From Atractiella rhizophila (Eukaryota), in NCBI GenBank assembly GCA_021432655.1, contig MU271328.1, positions 1 through 64,000 on the forward strand: a stretch of 64,000 bases of DNA. The letters are read 5' to 3'. The notes below the pieces were generated by a model. It ran no database searches, was not told where the DNA came from, and was given only the letters and a program-made list of their open reading frames with translations. Below, piece by piece: positions 48,478 to 59,185 of this stretch. The position numbers and the translations under genes are program-made. Position 1 is the stretch's first letter. Each line of letters opens with the position of its first letter.

Positions 48478-50550
48478 CGGGAGCTGTGCCATCACATTGG
48501 AGCTTTGCTACCTGATTCTGATGGGGCTGAATGGTTTGCACAAATCTATATTCTGGATTCTGAAGGGCAGATTCGACAAAGAGTAGAGACTGATGGACAG
48601 CACAAACTCAAGGAAGGGACTTTGAGGAAGTTATACAGATGCCAATGAGTAGTATTTGTGAGTACGGGGTACCCTTACTCACAAGTATCAATGAGCTTAG
48701 AGCCTGATTTGTAACTTGTTGTGACCTTTGACACAGCTACCCTTGTACTCATGAGTACTACTCACAGGTACCCTTGTATAAACTTAGACTCTACTTGTCA
48801 ACATAATTTTAAAGTTTAGGCACATTAGTTTACATAGATGACTTATTATACATTTGTATCTCAGAGCCAGATAGAGCCATTTTGAATGTGAAAAAGATCA
48901 AAAATTGATATAAAACTCTCTTTAACTCTTTCAAACGAGCACCCCACAGGTACCTGCCATTTCAGGACATATGCTCACAAGTACTCTTAGGTACTTAGCA
49001 GGGAACATGAACGGGTACCTCTGATGAAAATGTACCCTCTGTAGCTGATTTGTAACTTGTTGTGCACAGGTGCCTGTGGCACAAGTACCCACGAGTACCA
49101 TACTCATTGACATTTCTAGGAAGTTACAAGAAATGATGTGGCAAGTCAATCCCTGGCCAGAAATTTATAAAACAGCAAGAGAGTGCATGGGGGATAATCC
49201 GATTTTGAACCTCCACCTCCGAACTATTGATCCTACTGATCAGGACCCTCAACGATACAATAGGCCAATAGGTCATGGCATAGGAGAAATTGCAGTGCTT
49301 CTCATCGGCGAACAGTCAGGAGCTATGGCAGACATCACAAGGGACATTGTGGTTAAACTTTGACGTCCTGATGGTCAGAATTTTTTTGAGAGAGTTAGTG
49401 ATCAGAATACCAACTATCTTCCTTTATGCTTCCCACTTTTATTCCCCTATGGCGAGCAAGGTTGGCACGCATATATCCCCCTCAGTCACGGAGACGTGCT
49501 TCAACGTGGTCCACGAGAGGAATATCGAAACGATGAAGGACAAATAGTTGGTAATATGGGGGAACAGAAACACGTAACTCAGATGAACTATTACTCTTAC
49601 CTGCTTCACCTAAAGAAGGACACATTCTCTCTAATTCACCATGAAGGCCGGCAGTTTCAAGAATTGGTTTACAATGCTTATGCTCAGATAGAAAGTGGAA
49701 GATTGAGGTTCCTGAGCTACAATGAAGAACTTCTCTGAACTGAGTCTTATGCTGGACTTGGTGATGCATTAGAAGATGGTTGAGATACTGCAAATGTTGG
49801 GGAGCAGACCATTCTACCATCATCACACACAGGAAGTCCCTGCCAGATGAACCAGCAATTCCAAGATGCTATGGCGATTGTTGGGAACTGAGGTTCACCT
49901 GCTATCTCACTTGCAATCCACAGTGGCCAGAAATCACAGAAGCTCTACTTCCTGTGCAAACAGCAGCTGATCGACCAGACTTGGTCTTTAGAGGTTTCAA
50001 TGCAAAGGTGAAGGCTTACATGCAGGACATCAAGGATAACTCAATCTTTGAACGGTCAGTCGGCTTTGTCTGGGTGATTGAATTTCAGAAATGTGGTCTC
50101 CCCTATGCTCACATCCTCATCATCCTCAATCCTGAAGATACCATCAGGGATGTCGAGGCAATCGACCGCATAGTATCTGCCAAATTGCCTGACAAGGATA
50201 CGGAACCTGAATTGTTTGAGATTGTCTGCAATCATATGCTTCATGGACCCTGTAGAGATATCAAACCAGATGCATGATAGATGATCCTAAAAATCCTGGA
50301 AGAAAGATCTGTGGCAAAGGGTTTCCGAAGCCATTGTGGAAGAAACAGGCATCAATGAGGATGGCTATCCCACCTATCATTGCTGTAACAATGGATCTAC
50401 CTTTCAGAAAGCACGGAATGGATTCATTTACGACAATCGATGGGTTGTACTGTTTAATGCTTATGTCCTTTGTCAGTTTACAGCTCATATCAATGTGTCT
50501 CTGCATCTCCATCAAATCAGTCAAATACCTGTTCAAATACATCTACAAAG
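48478..50550 (+). mobile_element. Helitron Rep pseudogene fragment (Helitron 2)
   Basis: ELCHHIGALLP...FAQIYI, QMNYYSY, LTCNPQWPEI, VIEFQKCGLPYAHIL, HMLHGPC, SVKYLFKYIYK. Paralogous to Helitron 1; no helicase domain seen. Confidence 0.92.
48634..49118. mobile_element. hAT-type MITE (485 bp) inserted in Helitron 2
   Basis: TIRs TACAGATGCCAATGAGTA and (reverse complement) TAGAAATGTCAATGAGTA, perfect 8-bp TSD GGAAGTTA (48626-48633, 49119-49126), and GTAC-rich subterminal repeats. Confidence 0.92.
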
Positions 50551-51774
50551 TATTTGAAGACCCTTACCGGTATGTATTTTGGCTTACCTTGGCCCTCTAT
50601 CCTAATAAACCACCAGGTCTTTCATTAGGCCTCGATGCAACCCTCAAGGTTGCCAAGAAGGCAAACATTCACACTACCGTGAAGGAGACTGGTGGTGCTC
50701 CGAATGCAGCTCTGCAAAACACAAAGAGTGTATAAGTTGTTTTTTCTAAGCAAAGACAGTAGTTACGCATGCTGAATCGCTTCTCCCAGTTTGCCAACAT
50801 CAGTCTTTGGCTGTAATTCTGTAATAAAGTTGAACAGCTCTCGAGTGACAGCCGATGACTTCCGGAAGTAAGGTATTCCATCTATGCAAGCAACTTAGTC
50901 ATGTGTTTATTAAATCATTTTAAAAAATATGGTTAATCTACATTTCACCTGTAACCCAGAGACTTTAAAATAAGTACAGAATAGCATACCTCTCTGTCAA
51001 GGACTCAGTTAACAAATTTCCTATATTCTAACACTTGGGCAGCAAAGAATAGTTGCCCCTCTTCTCCCATAATACTTTTATTTTTCTTCCATTTCTCCAC
51101 TGTATCATTGACCGATTGACTTGTCCACATTGTTTCCCCGTCCACAAGCCAGTTTCCCTTCTTATTCCCAGCCTTCTGTCGAGTGTGGGTCTCTAGCACC
51201 TGTTTGCACAGTGCCTTCACGACAGGGGAATCGAAGATGTTGGAGGAAAGCGCAGACATGACGATTGAATAAGGTCCAATGAGCTGGTACTCTGCTGGGA
51301 GAAGGCGTGAAGGGTGGGACAGAGTGGATGCAATGAGGAGGGGGCAGGGCACGAGAGAGCAGTGGCCGTGGAAGTTGGTGGACGGAAGGTGAGAAGCAGG
51401 TGGAAACAGAAAATACTGGGAGATAATTGTTAGTACAACATTCATGCAAAGAGGAAAGGAATGAGATATAACAAGAGAGGCGCACCTTTTCGCCATGCTG
51501 CAGAAGCACACTCACAGATCAGAGAATAGAGGATGTCGGATGAAGCTAGGTGGATGAGAAGATGGGGAAGGAAAGTGTGGCGGATTGGTAGATGGAAGAA
51601 GGAGGAAAGGACTTGCACAACTACACCAGTCCTTTCCTCCGCCTTTGCTTAGGGTTTGTGGGTCCATCCTTCTTCCTTCTTTTCCTCATTCCATTCATGC
51701 TTTCTTCTGAGAACTCTTCTCTTCTTTCGAAGGAAGATTTGGCCATGTTTGCGGCCTCGGACACGCGGCGCGCC

Positions 51775-52093
51775 CGACATAGACCAGTTTCCCTGCAGCA
51801 CAAAATTGGGCAAACTGGTCACCGCGAGGGTTATGCGAAAGCGGCCGGAGGCCACAAAGAGAAAAAAGTTTTGCGCTCTGATTTTGAGGAGATTTGCCCA
51901 CAAAACTGGTCCACTAACTTTTGGACCAGTTTTAACACCGACGGACGCCGACCCTCCGGGTGACAGGTCTGCTAAAGGCAGCCAGAGGCCTCCAAAGGGT
52001 TTTGCTCCTCGCATTGGTGCAGATGTGCGCACAAAACTAACCAACTTTTGGACCAGTTTTAACCCCGACGTCGCCGACGGGTTCTGCATTGTG
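51775..52093 (-). repeat. Putative CMC/CACTA-like terminus with palindromic subterminal repeats
   Basis: Ends in ...TTCTGCATTGTG (reverse complement CACAATGCAGAA). Repeated AAACTGGTC/GACCAGTTT motifs and a duplicated TTTTGGACCAGTTTTAAC..CCGACG block. Confidence 0.5.
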
Positions 52094-52334
52094 TAGTTTC
52101 AGCTTAGTTACTTAGTGATCGAGTGAGATAGGAGAAGGAAACAAGAACAAGCAAGCATTTTCATGCAATTTCATACATTTCTCGACTTCACTGAAGTTCG
52201 ATATGGAACCTGTTTTGTGCCTAGCCGGCCCCTTCTTCCCTTTGCTTCAGAGCTTCAGAGGTTCCGCATCATTACCTCGATCTTTTCGATTTCTTTGTCC
52301 CATGTAAACAACTTTCAGGTATAGAATTCATCCT

Positions 52335-52625
52335 TGAAGCACCTTGCCATCATCAGTACCGTAGGTAACGGAAGTCCACCGTTGCACTAGAAGTCCTGAA
52401 TGCAGACGAATTCAACAACGCATTCAGGACGGTGACAGATGGTAAGGAGGAAGACTTAGGCTTTTGGACTCCATGGGATGCCTCCCCCAACTTATGCTCT
52501 CTCTCTTAGCAACTTTTACAAGTAAGTTTTGGATCAGCTTGTCCACCTGCGACGATGAGCTTTGCGGCTGTCGCAAGGTATTTCACCCCTGAACAGGTCT
52601 TGGATAATTTTGAAACCCCACATGG
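52335..52625 (+). pseudogene. Inverted partial paralog of the NLR nucleotide-binding domain
   Basis: KHLAIISTVGNG/KSTVALEVL, DGKEED, AAVARYF and LDNFETP match the minus-strand region ~55680-55975. Confidence 0.85.
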
Positions 52626-53250
52626 GCTCAACGAAATTGATACGGGGCTGCGGTCGTGAACTTTGTGCAAATTGATCCACTTCAGTCCGTTATAACAAGG
52701 GGACACATGTGCAGAACTGGTCCTGAAAAGCTTTCATCAAATGTCCATGGACATGTCCCATGTAAGTGATTCAGCTAATTGTCCATCCTTCTAACGTATC
52801 TCTCAGCAACCTCCACCAATGTCGAATGTGAGTTCTCAGATGGACACCAGATTGCATCATATTTGCGGCTCTCTATGTCAGATGTCACCCTTCGCTCTCA
52901 AATGACGCTCCGGCTTTTGGGATGACTAAAGTGCTCCCGCCACTTAAGGAAATAGTTCAGATGATAAATAAAGAGAGGGAGGATAGGTTGGAGCAGAATC
53001 GGAAAAAGAGACAACAGATGGACGGCAATTAAAGACGTAACTAATCCTCAATCTCATGTCTGGTGCTGATTATTTTGCATACAATGTGTTGATTCCAAGG
53101 TCTGAAAGGAATGCATTACAATGAAACAATAACGGACCTTTTATACCTTAAGGAGCTTGGCAAAATGAGTGAAAATGGCAAGGAAGCAAGAACAGGCAAA
53201 AGAAAACTAGAGCCACAAATGGCAGTGGCACAAAGGCTGATCTGATCCCC

Positions 53251-53396
53251 CAGGGTACCCGAGAGATGTTTCCCAGCGGGGTCCCCTTCCCCTTGCCCGT
53301 CACGGGTCATACTTGCAGGGGGAGGGAAGGGGATGGGTTGACTTTTTTAGACCTCAAACCCCGCACGGGTTTCCCCGACGGGGTACGGGCACCCTG
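53251..53396. repeat. hAT-like terminal fragment
   Basis: CAGGGTACCCG ... CGGGCACCCTG near-inverted 11-mers and ACGGG/CCCGT motifs. No TSD. Confidence 0.45.
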
Positions 53397-54589
53397 TCTG
53401 GGAGCCTCACTCTAATGAAATATTGTCAGCCTAGTTCGGTAACTACATGGACCTTCCGGCGTTTTCTTATCGTTGGGAATAGTTTTTTAAGCTAAACTGA
53501 AAGCCTGGTGGGTGCTGGGTGTGTTGCAAGAGGAACGAAAATGGATGACAAACATCAATGTGATTACCAAGCCAGGAAGGCACCGCATCGAAGTAAACTG
53601 GATTATGTAAAGCATGCATCACTTCAAAAGAAAGTGCTTCAGGTTTACCCATCGCAGGGCTTGAGGCAGTGAGTACAAACGAGACAATGGTGGCTACCAA
53701 CTGAAGAAAGGTCGTAAGTCATAACATCCTTTTCCTGCTTAAGGCGTTTGATGATCGTCTTCAGCCTGATGTTTTCGGTTTGAAGCTCATCTACCTTTGC
53801 ACAAATCCAAATAAGATAGGACCAGAAGGTTGGAGACTATACACTGTCATTAAGACCCTCGATCCATGCCCTCTTCTTCTTCCTAGACTTTGCAGCCAAA
53901 ATCCTATTCTTTCGCATCCTCTCCTCTCTAATCTCACCCTTCGAAAACATTGCTCTTCCCTCACTTCGCCGCTAGTCGCGCTTTCTCCCTGCCCCCATTG
54001 GTCTTGGTCTCTAACACTGAATCCCGTGACAATGGCCACCTGTCTCGCAGCTTCTGCCCGTCCCATTACACCTTCATGAAAAGCTCTGGAGTAAGTGTAT
54101 TAACGAAATCCCAATCGACTTCGGATGTAGGATTAGAAACGGCTAACACCTCAGATCAACGTCTGCCTCAATAACAGTAGTAGGCTGCAATGGCAGACTA
54201 ACCGTTATCCAGATATGAACTAGTCCGGGCATTGGGACCTATTTGGGTTTGAAATACCTCAGGTGGTAAACCGTTGGTAACTTGAAGAGTGTGGAAGTTC
54301 ACCAAAGCAGTGGCAAGTTCTTCTGGTGAGCATTCGTCAGCAGAGAACTCCGTGTTGTCATATGATGGCTGCATTCCTCCTGGTGGCAAAAAGATCCAAT
54401 GCTGGCAGGAAGAAGCTTGACAGCTTATAAGCGATGCATCCATCGGTAACGTCGGTTCGCTTTTTCTGTTTTCCACCTACTTGATGCCACTATGTCGTCA
54501 CAATCGGGTGAATACAGTTACATTGACGGGCAACGTGGCAGAAATGTCCCCATCAAACTCTAACGAATTTCGACACTGTTAAATTAAAT

Positions 54590-57166
54590 TTAAATGAATA
54601 TAAATTTAATGACGCTGGCTGACGTCAAATTTACGTAACCAAAGCTGGACTGGCAAAGAACTGGTTTTTCAGTAGTCAATTCAGCTGTCAGTGATGCCAT
54701 AGAGATGGATGTTGTGTAGAATAAAGCGGACTGGAATAGTGCTATAGAGAGAAGGTGTTGAAAATGCAGAAAGTTCCAAATTTCTGCTAGGAAGACATAT
54801 GCTGTTGTCCGATCATCCAGGTGTTGAAAGGCAGCTAGAAGGACATATTCAAGGTTTGGATAATCGTTGCGAAACGACAGGAGTCCGATCCGCTCAGCTT
54901 CATCTTCAAATCGTCGTACATTTTTACGACCCTTCTCTATGAGAACTTCAGTCAACGGCTGAAGTGATAAAGCAGTGTCTTTGAAAGGTAGAATGGGGCC
55001 TAGGACCGAGCCATTGATATGTTCACGAATTGGTGCTAGCATGCGCAAACGCTTCGAGTTTGTGAGGACATCCATGATATCTTCAGCAAGTCCGACGGTT
55101 AAGATTGCGGTGACGAGCACGGAAGACTGCTCCAATTGATGAGTACAGTTGTTATCACCGATAGCGATAATGTCGTCTGCCAGGAGACCGTCAGGAGTCC
55201 ACGATAGTAGGGCAAGGATAAAAGCGCTAAGGTCTGCATTTTTTCTGAGAAGAGGTGAATCGAGCGAAAAAGATATCGAAGTGGCGAGAGTGAGTGTCTC
55301 TTCGCTATCTTCATTCCATAAGAGGGTGGTCTTCTTTGCCGCCCACTCCTCGACCAAAACTGCAAGCGGCTTAGTTGATTCCGCGTTGGCGCGAAGAATG
55401 AAGAGCTTGATAGACAAGACATGATGGTCCAGCTTAGTAAAAATGGACTCCAGTAGTTGTTCCGCACAATCTTCTTCTCCCATGTACGTGTATTTGCACA
55501 ATCTTTTTGCAGCAGCGTCGCTGAGGCGCCCAATCACCAGCTTTTGAAATCTCACTTCTCTCAAATTCACTCGTTCCACCTGATGGCCGCGGTGTACTAC
55601 GACGAGAATGGAACCAGAGGAGCAGTTTCTGGAAAGAAGGGATTGGAAGAATGGTTGCAGCTTAGTTGTGTCCGACTGTGCGGGGGTCTCGAAATTATCC
55701 AAGAAGAGGATGCATTTGTGCGCTTGGAAATATCTCGCTACGGCGGCAAGGTCTTTTTCTCCAGGTTGGGGGGCCAATCCAAAAACGTCATTGCAGAGGT
55801 AGGCGGAGAGCGAAGAGAAGTCGGAGAAGGGGTCACATTGGCCCCAAAAACGAAAGTCTTCTTCCTTTCCATCTTTGACAGTCGTGAATTCTCTCCTGAT
55901 TTGTCGTCATGCAGCACTTCTAGTGCGACCGTAGATTTGCCGTTACCAGCGCCGCCGATGATGGCAAGGTGTCTGTGATCGGTGACAATGAAGTTGATCG
56001 CTTTCTGAACTTCCTCTCCTCTTCCGTAACAAGCGCCAAGAGGAGGTAGTGGAATCTTCTTGTACACTGCAATACGATCGCTGCAAGCTGACAAGTAGAA
56101 AGTGAGCATGCGCATGCAATTACAACCAGGAGGAACTTACCTTTCACTAGCGATTGAGCAGCAAGGAGCACTTCATAACACATCGCATCCATGTAAGCCT
56201 TCGTGCATCCCACAGCTTCATTCTTTCGTTCCCATTCTTCCCACCTGAAATCTCCGAAAGTATCAACCGAGAAACGATGGTAGCAGTGGGCCATCTGACG
56301 TCGCTGCATCTTCATCTTCATGTCGTTCGCAACCCTTGAGCAATCCGCAGCCATCCCCTTTAAAGCTCGCTCGACATTGTCCAACTTGACTGCAGGTGCG
56401 ATTCCAGATCCGAGAGACACAAGGCAGGCAATCTCACATCTGTCTCCCCAAATGCGCTTTGTCTCTTCGACAGCTATTGCCGTAGGATTGTCGCGAAACA
56501 GCGAAAAGTACTCGGTGGAATCCACGTTGATGGGGGGGGGGAGAAGAGTGGTGCAGCGGCAGTCACCCTTGCAGCTTCCCAGACCGTATAAGCGGAGGCA
56601 GGTACAAACGGCGAGGATCCAGCAGCACGAATATCGTATGTACGCATCTCTGTGGAAATGACGAGGTTGGACTCGTAGGTAGAAACCACAAACGTTCTAC
56701 ATCTGTCCTGCAAATAAGCATCTTTCATCGGAAGAGACTTCGCAGAGTCTTGGGAAGAATCCGTATGTCGCTGGAAGATAGCGATCAAAGTTTCTTCGAG
56801 TTTTTTTAGCTGAGTAAACGTGCTCGTCGCTGGAGCTTGAGACGTTATTCAAAACACGTTCTCCATAATCTCTTCGTACGCTGCAATGCATTGTCAGACG
56901 GTCATTCCCAGCCGGCCGAGCATAAGCGCGATCCATCCACCAGTGCAAGTCCCACAGATTAGATCAAAAATATCGCAGGGACGAAGATCTTCGTCGTCTG
57001 GCACTTTGAGCAGCTGCCCAGCTTGAAGCATAATCTGTTCAAGCATGTATGGAGCGGAAAAGGAGCGGATGCCGCCATTGTCGATGCAAAGGACCCGCAA
57101 CCCTAATGGATTCGCCTTCTTGATATTTTTGGAGACTTTAAAGACCTTGACCAGAGGTTTAGACAT
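54590..57166 (-). pseudogene. Fungal NLR-like gene: patatin-like (PNPLA) domain + STAND NTPase, disrupted
   Basis: GLRVLCIDNGGIR, FDLICGTCTGG, WEAARVTAAAP, CLVSLGSG; an intron near 56090-56140; Walker A GGAGNGKS, Walker B LFLDNFETP, LRMLAPIREH. Two in-frame TGA stops and at least two frameshifts. Confidence 0.88.
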
Positions 57167-57823
57167 GTAGGTAAAGTGAGAAATTGGATTGTGATGCGGT
57201 TGTTAAAGCACAAGGCTGGAGGTGGCTGAAGGAAGAAGAAAGGATTCTGAAGTCAAATGGGTTTCTAAGATCAATTCATCAGCGCTTCTGCGGGTTATAA
57301 GATGCAATGTAAATGAATCGTGGGTCGGCATGGTAGCTTTGTCAAGAGCAAGGAGACAAAGGCTTATGATCGCCAATCAGAAGTCGCCAGAAGCTATTTT
57401 TGCCGATTCCTCATAAGCAGCTTCACGGAGAGCACGGCTATTCGTCTATCCTTCACCTAAAATACATGTGAAGGATATTTGGAATCCTTGCTCTGCCACG
57501 TACGTCCACCATTGCAGTGGATGGAACTTGTGGATGTAGATCTCAGTCCTCCCATGAAGCACTCAAAGGGCAACCACACGACCCCTTACTTCTACATGCA
57601 ACCTTTCCTGCACGACATCAAAGAAGATACTGACCTTTCGAGGGTAATTTGAAACTCACTTTCTGCGATCTCCAGCTTATAAAATGGCCACAATGGCACA
57701 ATATTCGAAATGACTTTTCCTAACAATAATTTCTTCAAGGTGCGTTCAATTCTCCACTCTGGACACAGGTCGTTGGCAATCTCACTAACAAAGGTTCGTA
57801 GGTTCGTGGTCAACAGCCCGAAC

Positions 57824-58000
57824 TAGGGATGGCTATCGGAGTCGAATCGTACCAGCTACGCCGGGTCCGATGGCCAGTCGTGTATCGATCGAAGACAAAA
57901 AAGGACCACGACTTACGATTCGATACGAGTACGGCTCCCAAGGCGTATCGAATCGCCAGCGTGTGGATTTTACGACTACGATACGGTACACGATTCCATG
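57824..58000 (+). repeat. hAT-like terminus with CGAT/ATCG subterminal repeats
   Basis: Starts TAGGGATGGCTATCG, followed by dense ATCG/CGAT/TACG motifs. Partner end not found. Confidence 0.55.
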
Positions 58001-59185
58001 TGCACGTTTTTGGGGGAGCGGCACCAATAGTAAGCTGTTCACATCACTCTCAGCTGCATGTGCTTACAGCCCTCCGAGTCAGCCCAGTGGGGTTTAAGAA
58101 TGGATTGGCAGGAGATGAGTACGACTATGACTACAAGTTATCTGTGTAAGAAATCAGACCAAACAAGAAGTGTCTGATAGGCTATGGAGGAGAAAGAACT
58201 ATTTCTATGACCAATGATAGCATCTAAGAGAGAGGAGTTGGGAATAGAGGGAAGAGGCACTTTGGAAAAGAAAGAGAGATCCGTGAAGGGAGAATTAGCA
58301 GAAGAAAAGAAACCTAAGGATGAAATCAAACAGCTAACATGACCGCGAGAAAAAGGGAGACCACAAGAGCAAGGGCGGTTGAACCCGAAACGTCCCACCC
58401 TCCGCTTGATGACGAGCCTCCGCAAGGCATCATCAGGAATAAGGAGAATCCTGTCCACAAGAGAAGCCATCCGCTGGAGAGGTGAGATGAGGGAACCTAG
58501 AGTGCCAACAAGCTCAGATAAGCTCAGGAGGTGAAGCCGTTCGCGACGAAGGAATGCCTGAAGTGTGAGAACGTAACCATTGACCTCCTCGTTGGCCTGA
58601 GCATTGAGAAAGCGAGCAAACAGTTCGCAAGACTGGATTTGTGGCACGATGTCTGAGCTAGTGGGAGTTTCATGGCTGCTGTCCGCGTTCGATAACAGCC
58701 TTCAGAGACTTTGCCACCAAGTAGAACTCTGGTCTCGCAATGGTTTCCGGTAATATTTGAGCTTCGCTTGCATAAACTCAGTAAGTCTTTCTCTTTCTGC
58801 CAATAGTACTCTGCTGCAGCTGTGAGTAGGACATCTTGGACATTGATCCAGTTCACTGACAAAGCCCTTTCAGCTGGATCACCACGATACTATGTCCGTT
58901 GTGGTCCAGATATAGTATAAAAATGGCACAGCTTCCTGTTAAGGTAGGTGTCCTCCATTCTATTTGCTAGCCTCTGACCTATGTTGTTTGCCGATATAGA
59001 CCTCTTACGATCTCTCATTCACGTTTGGCCACGGCACCTGCTTGCATCCTCTGCCAGTTTGCTCTGCCTCCTCATCTTGCCGCACCGCCTCCTCCTCACG
59101 TCCACAGAGATTTTTGTCTGCTTAGAAACTTTTCCTTACCTCGGATGGGAATGCAGAGAAGTGATGTGATATAGAGGAGATCCAT

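Noticed and set aside
53251..53396. Complete 146-bp MITE
   Set aside because: The flanks (TGATCCCC / TCTGGGAG) are not a TSD, so it is kept only as a terminal fragment.
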